A stretch of 63,813 nt of DNA, counting the filler, from Thraustochytrium aureum (taxonomy: Eukaryota): assembly GCA_012862495.1 (NCBI GenBank). It is 7 parts of 4 records of this genome, joined end to end, with 100 filler letters (N's around TTAATTAATTAA, not from the genome) between each part and the next. Parts side by side here need not be neighbours in the genome. Positions count along the whole stretch, not along the records: positions 1 to 15,520 come from BLSG01000257.1; 6 more parts are not named here. One strand, given 5' to 3'. The position numbers and the translations under genes are program-made. Below the pieces are notes generated by a model. That model was not told the origin of the DNA. It saw only the letters and a program-made list of their open reading frames with translations, and did no database searches. Positions 1 through 8,146 of this stretch are shown piece after piece. Positions within the stretch are counted from its first letter, which is position 1. Each line of letters starts with the position of its first letter.

Positions 1-5
1 CTGCG

Positions 6-734
6 TTGTGCGTCGTGTCGCGAGGAGGTGCCAATGAGAGCGCACCGGTGCTCGGCGTGCTTGGGGGTGTCCGGGACAACATCGTGGACGGTGCTGTATC
101 AAGCGCTTACCTTATCAATATCGGGGCGGCTCTCTTCTTTGGTGGCGGCAAAGGGGGGCCGGCCGGTCCGTCTAGCTCCCTGATGGTGACGCAGGTTGCG
201 CTGCTCTTCGAGCGCCTGCACAGCGACGTGCAAACTACAAAGGTTCGCGCGCTCGCTGTTCCAACCAGAGAAACGCAGGGCAATGGGGTGGCGGAGCCTC
301 AAAGAGCGGCGCACCCCGTTGATTTGCTCGACCCCAACCCGGACGGTGCGAAGCGCGTTGGCCTCGCCGTCAATCAAGAGGGAGCTTTGCGCATCCAGAA
401 CGCGGTTGCTGTCAAGTTCCGGTCGCTGCAGGACTTTCTCCGCGTGTACGAAGTGCTCGACTCTCGTGTCAAGGCGTACCGGTCGTGCCACCTCCTCCTC
501 GCGCTGGAGAATGAAGCTACTGGGCGCCGCCTCGTGTTTGTGGAAGCCAACCCGTCTGGCGCTTCGGACCCCGTCCTGGCCGACGTATTTTTGGCGGGCG
601 CAGCTCCTTCAGCGCAGTCCGTTGTCTTTGCAGACGCGCCAGGCCCTGCCGCCGCGTCCGGCGTCCCAGCGCTCATCGCGCGCTACTTTCGCTCGCTATG
701 CGCGCCACAAGCCCCACAGCCAGCCCACAGTTAG
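6..734 (+). CDS. 5'-partial protein resembling a highly degenerate kinesin motor domain
   Basis: Open frame from the window edge to TAG at 734. Segments LLFERL, VDLLDP, EGALRIQNAVAVKFRSLQDF, YRSCHLLL and RLVFVEAN follow the kinesin order (LF..i / DLL / g.v.v.gl...v.s / SSRSH / kL.lVDLAGSE), but the P-loop and switch motifs are not conserved. Confidence 0.4.
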   Translation: MCVVSRGGANESAPVLGVLGGVRDNIVDGAVSSAYLINIGAALFFGGGKGGPAGPSSSLMVTQVALLFERLHSDVQTTKVRALAVPTRETQGNGVAEPQRAAHPVDLLDPNPDGAKRVGLAVNQEGALRIQNAVAVKFRSLQDFLRVYEVLDSRVKAYRSCHLLLALENEATGRRLVFVEANPSGASDPVLADVFLAGAAPSAQSVVFADAPGPAAASGVPALIARYFRSLCAPQAPQPAHS

Positions 735-843
735 CCACGAAAATCCACAGATCGCGCTCGATTGCCAAACCAACAGACCGGCACAAGGCCTGCACGCTGG
801 CCCACAAAGCGTGCGGCGAGCCCAGCACGTCCATCTACGTGCC

Positions 844-952
844 CATGCATTCATCGATGCGTCCTCCAAGCATTCTTGCAACCATGGATCCTTGCAACCA
901 TCATTCTTGCAACCATGCATCCATCGACGCATCCAGACGTCCATCGATGCAC
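844..952. repeat. Short degenerate repeats (CTTGCAACCAT x3, CATCGAYGC x3)
   Basis: Seen directly downstream of the 6..734 ORF. Confidence 0.6.
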
Positions 953-1978
953 CCAGGCGGCCAACTCCGGCCTGGGCAAGCCCTCAACGCACCCAACGCA
1001 CCCGCGCCACCCTAACCCAGTCCGTCAGGGTCACCGTCGGACAGAGATCCGTCGGAGGCATTCCACTCGTTGGCGCAGCAGAGGAGAGCAGGAGGCAGTT
1101 GCGGGNNNNNNNNNNNNNNNNNNNNNNNNNNNNNNNNNNNNNNNNNNNNNNNNNNNNNNNNNNNNNNNNNNNNNNNNNNNNNNNNNNNNNNNNNNNNNNN
1201 NNNNNNNNNNNNNNNNNNNNNNNNNNNNNNNNNNNNNNNNNNNNNNNNNNNNNNNNNNNNNNNNNNNNNNNNNNNNNNNNNNNNNNNNNNNNNNNNNNNN
1301 NNNNNNNNNNNNNNNNNNNNNNNNNNNNNNNNNNNNNNNNNNNNNNNNNNNNNNNNNNNNNNNNNNNNNNNNNNNNNNNNNNNNNNNNNNNNNNNNNNNN
1401 NNNNNNNNNNNNNNNNNNNNNNNNNNNNNNNNNNNNNNNNNNNNNNNNNNNNNNNNNNNNNNNNNNNNNNNNNNNNNNNNNNNNNNNNNNNNNNNNNNNN
1501 NNNNNNNNNNNNNNNNNNNNNNNNNNNNNNNNNNNNNNNNNNNNNNNNNNNNNNNNNNNNNNNNNNNNNNNNNNNNNNNNNNNNNNNNNNNNNNNNNNNN
1601 NNNNNNNNNNNNNNNNNNNNNNNNNNNNNNNNNNNNNNNNNNNNNNNNNNNNNNNNNNNNNNNNNNNNNNNNNNNNNNNNNNNNNNNNNNNNNNNNNNNN
1701 NNNNNNNNNNNNNNNNNNNNNNNNNNNNNATCTTCTATCCTTGGCGGCGGCGATCCTGCTGCGCCTCTTCGGCTTGAGCCAGGCGGCGGGCACGGAGCCG
1801 CGCCCCTTCAAGTCGGCATTGCGCCGTCCTCTGGAATCTTGGCACCCGCCCTGCTGGCGCAAGTTCAGTAAACGGGCAAGGGGCGCCATCAGCAGCAGCG
1901 GCTATCCTCGGGTCCTCTCGAGCCCCCGCGCCAGAACCGGCCCAGCCCTCGCTGGCCTTTACGCGTATCAAGCCTGGA

Positions 1979-4399
1979 GTGGCTGCCACCGTGGTTCCGG
2001 CACCCAAGGCCAAGGCCCCGTCACTGCTTGCCCAAGCCGCGCAGGCCGCCCAGCTCGAGCAGCAGCGGCAGCAGCAGCTGCTCGTGCAGCAGCAGCAAGC
2101 GCAAAACTTGCTGAAAACCTCGCTGAGCGGGGCGGCCGCGTTTACCCGGCAGCCCGCAACAGAGCGACCTGGCCCCGGGCAGGCCTCACAGAGCGCCTCG
2201 GCTGGGAAGAAAACTGGCGGGTCTGCTAGCGCGCGGTGGCGCGGCGGGGAGACGGCTGGGCGAGAGAGGGCCGTTGTGGCTGCAGCGGCAGCCCCCGCGC
2301 GTCGCCCGTTTCCGTCGAGCTCATCTACTGCGAGCTCGTCCTCTTCCTCGGTCGGGAGCGCCCAGGCCGGGCCTGCGCTCAGTGAGGCCGGCAGTTCTGC
2401 CGGTTCGAGCCAGCAAGCCCTTCGGGGCTCGCGCGGTGCGCCTTCCGGTCCTGCGAGCTCAATTTCCGCGGCGCAGGTTGCGGCGGGCGCAGCGGCGGTC
2501 GGATCCGGTTCTGCAATCCCCCCAAGCACCTCTGCGGAGGCGCGCGATCTGCGGGAGCAACTCGGCAGGCTTCGCATCGAGCTCGATCGAGAGCGCGAAG
2601 CCAAGCGCAAGTACATGCTGGAGGCCCAAGCCCTGCAGCGCGTCAAAGAGGAGCTGCAAGCCAAGGTGATGACGCAAGAAAGGGAGCTCAGCATGCTAAA
2701 GCGCGAGGTTCACAGTATCAAGGCGATGCAGCAAATGAACGCCCCTCTCCCTGCTGCAGCAGGCTCTGCGTCACAGTCGGGCCGCGAGGCGCCCCGCCAT
2801 GGGCAAAGCGCCCCACACGCGCCCGCGCCACACAGGCAAGGGCACGGGCTGGTTGCCAACTCTGGACCGCAGCGCGCCGCGCCGATGCACTCGCACGCCG
2901 GCCATTTCGGCGGCGAAGAGGAGGACGACGACTCGCCGTTCTTGCAGAGCCTGTACTCTTCGTCGGGCGGGTTTCCTGGGACGTCCTTGCCTGGCGCGCA
3001 TGTTTACGGGCGCTCGAGCGCCTCCGTGGAGTCTCTAGTGGACGGACTTATCGCAGAGACTCTGGACGCCTCGCTTACCCAGCGCGTCTGGTCCGAAGCG
3101 TACCCCGCGAACGAGACGACGATCCTGTCGGTGCCATACCAAGACGCAATGGCCCGGCCTCAGGACGCGTTCGAGGATGCCATCGACAATAGCGACATGC
3201 CTTTCATCCCCAAGCTACGGCGCAAGCCAAACTGCATCGAGCCGCTCAACCACCAGGAGCTGATGAGCGCGCCGTGGCTCTCCCCGTACCGCGCGGAGAT
3301 CATGCAGTGCAGGTACCAAGAGTGGCAGCTCGGCCGGCCCGAGGTGATCCGCGAGATTCGCGGGCTCAACAGCTGCAACTTGTACTTCGTTTCGCAGTCG
3401 TACCAGCTGAACGACATGCTGCAGGCGCTACAGGCCCCTTCGGTCCGCGAAATCGCCGTGGACTGCGAGCACCACGCGTACCGATCGTACCAGGGGTTCT
3501 TGTGCCTGATGCAGATCTCCACGCGAGACGCAGACTATATCGTGGACGTGCTTGCGCTGCGTTCGCACCTCCACGTGCTGTCAGGCGTGTTTACGAACCC
3601 GCACGTTGTCAAGGTCTTGCATGGAGCGGACAAGGACATCATCTGGCTGCAGAGGGACTTGGGACTCTACGTCGTCAACATGTTTGACACCGGGCAGGCG
3701 GCCCGCGAGCTGGGGTACCCCTCGTACTCGTACTCGTTCCTTCTTGGGCGATTTGCGGGTATCCAGGCCAACAAGGCGTTCCAGACGGCGGACTGGCGTC
3801 AGCGGCCGCTGCCGCGCGAGATGATCGACTATGCTCGCCAGGACACGCACTTCCTGCTCGACATCTACGACCGCATGCGCTGCGAGCTTTTGGACCGAAG
3901 CCCAACGCACGTCGAGATTGTCCTTCAGCGGAGCGCCACGGTCTGTGCGCAGGCGTACGTGAAGGACCATGTGGACCGCGAGTCGATCACCTCGCTCATC
4001 CTCCACCTCTCGCGCAAGTACCGCGTGATGCTGCAGTGCTCCAAGCAACGCGACGCGTTTGCCGCGCTCGTGTACTGGCGCGACCGCGTTGCCCGGATTC
4101 GCGACGAGTCGGTCCAGTACGTCATGGACGACGTGCTGCTCCTCATCCTGGCGCGCGACTGCCCGGTGACCCTTGCCGCTTTGCAGCGCTCGCTTCGGAT
4201 CGTTACTGCCTCGATCCCGCCGCTACTCTATGCGCTGCGCGGCTCGTTGTTTTGGGAGATCGCCTGGTGTTGGACCCGCAGCAGGGCGCAGCTTCGCCGC
4301 CCTCCGTCTCGCTGCCTGCGCCTCAGTCGCGGACGCCGCCGCCGCCAGGCGAGAAGCCGATCGGTTTGGCTGGTTGGCGGCCCGCCCGGGCGCCCGTGA
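1979..4399 (+). CDS. RRP6: Exosome 3'-5' exoribonuclease Rrp6/EXOSC10-like (DEDDy exonuclease plus HRDC) with long low-complexity/coiled-coil N-terminus; both ends uncertain
   Basis: RPQ..F...IDNS..PFIPKL..KP, IAVDCEHHAYRSYQGFLCLMQISTR, KVLHGADKDIIWLQRD.GLYVVNMFDT, ADWRQRPLP, YARQDTHFLL and HRDC-like WRDRVARIRDESVQYVM. The frame is open from 1778, so the true start may lie in or before the 1106-1729 gap. A frameshift near 4260 is possible. Confidence 0.93.
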   Translation: MAATVVPAPKAKAPSLLAQAAQAAQLEQQRQQQLLVQQQQAQNLLKTSLSGAAAFTRQPATERPGPGQASQSASAGKKTGGSASARWRGGETAGRERAVVAAAAAPARRPFPSSSSTASSSSSSVGSAQAGPALSEAGSSAGSSQQALRGSRGAPSGPASSISAAQVAAGAAAVGSGSAIPPSTSAEARDLREQLGRLRIELDREREAKRKYMLEAQALQRVKEELQAKVMTQERELSMLKREVHSIKAMQQMNAPLPAAAGSASQSGREAPRHGQSAPHAPAPHRQGHGLVANSGPQRAAPMHSHAGHFGGEEEDDDSPFLQSLYSSSGGFPGTSLPGAHVYGRSSASVESLVDGLIAETLDASLTQRVWSEAYPANETTILSVPYQDAMARPQDAFEDAIDNSDMPFIPKLRRKPNCIEPLNHQELMSAPWLSPYRAEIMQCRYQEWQLGRPEVIREIRGLNSCNLYFVSQSYQLNDMLQALQAPSVREIAVDCEHHAYRSYQGFLCLMQISTRDADYIVDVLALRSHLHVLSGVFTNPHVVKVLHGADKDIIWLQRDLGLYVVNMFDTGQAARELGYPSYSYSFLLGRFAGIQANKAFQTADWRQRPLPREMIDYARQDTHFLLDIYDRMRCELLDRSPTHVEIVLQRSATVCAQAYVKDHVDRESITSLILHLSRKYRVMLQCSKQRDAFAALVYWRDRVARIRDESVQYVMDDVLLLILARDCPVTLAALQRSLRIVTASIPPLLYALRGSLFWEIAWCWTRSRAQLRRPPSRCLRLSRGRRRRQARSRSVWLVGGPPGRP

Positions 4400-4732
4400 C
4401 TTGGTGCCATTTAGCCGCGTGTCTCTCTAGCTCTAGAGAGAGCTCCTTTTGAGAGTGTGTCGCCTTGCGGCGGCTCAGGCCGCGTTCTAGCCTCGCCGTC
4501 TGCCGCAGGGCAGGTTGCGGCGCATCAAGTATGTATCTGTCTAAAGGTAGACTTTCTGATGGTACTTACCGGTATCCATCTTCCGAAACCCTCTCCCGCA
4601 GCTGCCTTGGCCGACCGAGGCTGATCGCGCTTCCGACAAAGTCGTTCCCAACGTGCGAGCAGCGTGCCCGAGAACTGTGAGCGAGCCGCCCTTTCGTCTC
4701 CCTGTGCGCGTGTGAGCTTGTGCGCATGTGCT

Positions 4733-4794
4733 CGATGTGCCCGATGTGCCCGATGTGCCCGATGTGCCCGATGTGCCCGATGTGCCCGATGTGC
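4733..4794. repeat. 9-bp tandem repeat (CGATGTGCC) x~7
   Basis: Near-perfect tandem copies between RRP6 and the SDR gene. Confidence 0.95.
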
Positions 4795-5283
4795 GGCAAG
4801 TACTCAACTCAAATCGGTCATGCACTGCATGGCCGCTGCCAGCGCACCGCGTCTGCGCGCGAAGCCAAGCTCGGCGCTCGTTTCCGCGGTCGCCCTGCCT
4901 CAACTTGGATTCCTGCGGGCACAAGACCAACCTGAGGCCGGGCTGCGCTCCGGATGTCGGACGGCCATTGCTCTAGGTACTCGAGCACTCGGGCCTCGAG
5001 GACCTGCCAAGTAGGGCGCTGTTTGGTGCCGACGGACAGGCCGAAGTTCGCCTGGCGTCGCGCATTTACCGGACNNNNNNNNNNNNNNNNNNNNNNNNNN
5101 NNNNNNNNNNNNNNNNNNNNNNNNNNNNNNNNNNNNNNNNNNNNNNNNNNNNNNNNNNNNNNNNNNNNNNNNNNNNNNNNNNGGACTCGCCTGCGCACAC
5201 TCAGCCGTCGAGCCGCTCGGCCAGCAGCGGAGGAAGCCTGAGGAGTCGGCGCACGCACGCGGTTGTGCACGACGGCGGGTGGG

Positions 5284-6090
5284 ATGGCCGGTCACAAGGT
5301 GATTTGCGTCGGCGGGTCGTCTGGGATGGGCAAGGGCTGCGCCAAGGCGGTGGTGCGTGCTGGCGGGTCAGTGCTGCTGTGCTCGCGCAGCGCGGACAAA
5401 CTGGCGAGCGCCCGCGCCGAGATCGCAGGGGGCGACCGGGAAGCCTTGGGCCGCATCGATGTTCGCGTTTTGGACATGGCGAGCGAGGCGGACGTCCAGG
5501 CCCTGTTCGAGAGCCTGCCCACGGGCGAATATGACGGCCTGGTCGTCTCAGCGCTCGGAGGCGCGGTTCACGGGTCTTTCCTGGAGCTCGACATCGAGCA
5601 AGCGCGCAAGCAAATGGAGGACAAGTTCTGGGGGCCGTACAGGTGCGCAAAGCACGGCGCCAAAGCGTTGCGCGACGGCGGCGGGATCGTCTTTGTGAGT
5701 GGGATCCTCGCCAAGCGACCCGGAAAGAACTGCAGCTCGCTAGCCGCAGCCAACGCCGCAGTGGAGGGGCTCACCCGCGCCCTTGCGCTCGAGCTCGGCC
5801 CACGCCTCCGGGTCAACTGCCTCAGCCCTGGCTTCGTGGACACAGAGCGCTTTGACAGGATGGAGCCTTCCAAGAAGCAAGCCATGCTCGAGTCTGTGGC
5901 TGTCTCGCTTCCGCTCAAGGCCGTCGGGGACGCCGAGGACGTCGGCGAGGCGCTCTACTTTTTGGCAACCAACAAGTTTACGACCGGAGTGACGCTCGAC
6001 TGCGACGGCGGCCACTCCCTGCGCCAGTACGCGCTCCCAAATGCGCTCTACTGCGAGCTCAAAGAGCAGGGCAAGGCGCTGGACTTTTAG
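5284..6090 (+). CDS. Short-chain dehydrogenase/reductase, atypical active site
   Basis: Rossmann motif VGGSSGMG, GGGIVFVSG, VEGLTRALALELGPRLRVNCLSPGFVDT, FTTGVTLDCDGG. Single exon from ATG 5284. Confidence 0.93.
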   Translation: MAGHKVICVGGSSGMGKGCAKAVVRAGGSVLLCSRSADKLASARAEIAGGDREALGRIDVRVLDMASEADVQALFESLPTGEYDGLVVSALGGAVHGSFLELDIEQARKQMEDKFWGPYRCAKHGAKALRDGGGIVFVSGILAKRPGKNCSSLAAANAAVEGLTRALALELGPRLRVNCLSPGFVDTERFDRMEPSKKQAMLESVAVSLPLKAVGDAEDVGEALYFLATNKFTTGVTLDCDGGHSLRQYALPNALYCELKEQGKALDF

Positions 6091-6131
6091 CTCGTGTCTA
6101 TTTCGTGCCAAGGCCAGCCCGAAAGCCGCGC

Positions 6132-7013
6132 TCACGCACCGCGAGTGCCTCGAGGCCCTCGCCGGCGCTCTCTCGGCGCAGGATAGTCGACATGGTGGTA
6201 CCATGGGTGCCGTTTGGGCCCGTCAGATATCGCATAATCCCAGAAAACCTCCTCGCCCTTGGCAATGTCGCGAAAGGCAAGCATAACCATCCCTGGCATG
6301 CGCACGCACGAGCTGCTCGCATACGCTAGCTTGCCCGTGTTCTCGTCGATATACCAAGGCTGCGTCGTGAGCCAGTTGGGGATCCGCGCCGCGGATTGGG
6401 TTCCTACGCCTAGCTCGTCCCAAAAGAACTCGAGCGTCCATGCGTTCGGGACGACGCCGGCCGGGGGGTGGTTGACGAGGTGGCCGGCCATGAGGGCGCT
6501 GTCGTGGCTGGCGGCTTTGCCGTCAATAAATCCCCCCTGCCTGTGCCATGTAGACGAGGTACTCGTTGTCTGCCTGCCTGAGAAACGTGCACGGCCTCGC
6601 GTGGGAGCCCTGCGCCGCCATCATGTGCGCGCGCCAGTGTCAGAGCCGCTGCAAGCTGCGTCGATTGGCCAATCGGGGCCAATGCTTTCGAAACAACGTG
6701 AAACGTACATCAAACTGGAGAAACAGGGCTGGCGGGACTGGGGGCGTGTACTCGCCTGGGTAAAAGCAGAGCGGCGTGTTGGCCGCCACATCTCGGTCGC
6801 AAAACAGGCCGAGCCCAGCCCCAGGCACCAGCGAGGGGCCCGCGCGGACGCGGGGCGCCTTGAGCCCGCCCTCCACAAAATACTCGGCAACCTCCCTCAA
6901 TGTTGCTCCAACGTCCAGCTCGCTCGCCGCCTCCAGCCCGATTCTGCACCGCCTCGCCTTGCGCCGCGCGCAGGAATGCCCCGTTGACCTTTTCCAGCTG
7001 CGCAGCCACCCAT
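6132..7013 (-). CDS. SET-domain protein (SETD9-like); 5' end in or before the gap; probable intron and frameshifts
   Basis: PSLVPGAGLGLF..RDVAANTPLCFYPGEY (6640..7548 frame), then FIDG...MAGHLVNHPP...PN and AFRDIAKGEEVFWDY...PWY (6132..6491 frame). GTACGT donor at 6708; apparent extra G at 6532-6537. Confidence 0.8.
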
Positions 7014-7540
7014 NNNNNNNNNNNNNNNNNNNNNNNNNNNNNNNNNNNNNNNNNNNNNNNNNNNNNNNNNNNNNNNNNNNNNNNNNNNNNNNNNNNNNNN
7101 NNNNNNNNNNNNNNNNNNNNNNNNNNNNNNNNNNNNNNNNNNNNNNNNNNNNNNNNNNNNNNNNNNNNNNNNNNNNNNNNNNNNNNNNNNNNNNNNNNNN
7201 NNNNNNNNNNNNNNNNNNNNNNNNNNNNNNNNNNNNNNNNNNNNNNNNNNNNNNNNNNNNNNNNNNNNNNNNNNNNNNNNNNNNNNNNNNNNNNNNNNNN
7301 NNNNNNNNNNNNNNNNNNNNNNNNNNNNNNNNNNNNNNNNNNNNNNGACCTCGTCCTCGCGTCCGTCGCGCTCGCGCTCGTCCGTGGGCGGCCCGTGCTC
7401 CCTCGGTGCACGCCAAGGACGAATCGCGCAGGTCGCGCATGCCTTGGGCCGCCCAGCGCCACGAGGCCGAAGCGGCTGTGGCGCGGCAGACGCTCTTGTG
7501 CGCTTCCAGGACGCCCGCCTGTGGCGCGGCAGATGCCCAT

Positions 7541-7662
7541 GGACGCACGCATGATGCTCGCAGGACGCACGCATGATGCTTGCAGGAGGCTTGCAGGAGG
7601 CTGGCTTGCAGGATGGCGAGGTGCTCAGGTGTTGGTCGAGGTGCTCAGGTGCTTGTTGGTCG
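7541..7662. repeat. Nested short direct repeats (GGACGCACGCATGATGCT x2; CTTGCAGGA x3; CGAGGTGCTCAGGTG x2)
   Basis: Seen directly. Confidence 0.75.
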
Positions 7663-7688
7663 AGAGGGTGGAGAGTATTTTGGCTCGC

Positions 7689-7985
7689 TCGCCATGGACG
7701 AATCGCTCCGGGTGGCCGCCCCTTGGAAAGACCTGCTGCGGAGGGCCGACCTGGACCACGAGGACGCGCCGGCTGTGGTGCGACAGACGCACGCGTGAGC
7801 TGGCAGGTTGGCGATGTACTCGGGTGGGGTCGAATCCTACCTTCGCCTTGGACGGATGGCCCTGGATGGCCTGTCTGTGGAAAGACGTGCTGCGGAGGGC
7901 TGGCCAGTGCCGCGGCCGACTGTGGCGCGACAGACGCACGCGCGAGCTGGCAGGTTGGCGATGTACTCTGGATTTTTGTCGAATG
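7689..7985. repeat. Degenerate tandem duplication, period about 154 bp, 2 copies
   Basis: Copies starting at 7689 and 7843 share TGGAAAGAC.TGCTGCGGAGGGC and GCGACAGACGCACGCG.GAGCTGGCAGGTTGGCGATGTACTC. Confidence 0.85.
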
Positions 7986-8146
7986 GGTTTATTGTGTCAA
8001 GACAGATGTATGTATCTAGTATGTATGGTCATGATTCGAGGTCTAGTCCTCGTGCTCGCGCAACGTTGTGCGGCGAGACGGATGTAGGTCTAACTTGGTT
8101 CGCGAGCTGCGGCGGGCCCCCTCTAGAGAGGGTGATGGCGCTTCTT

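Noticed and set aside
4566..5014. Repeat peptides (HIG)n, (CAR)n, (MCP)n, (DVP)n
   Set aside because: All are translations of one 9-bp DNA repeat, with no coding support in the flanks.
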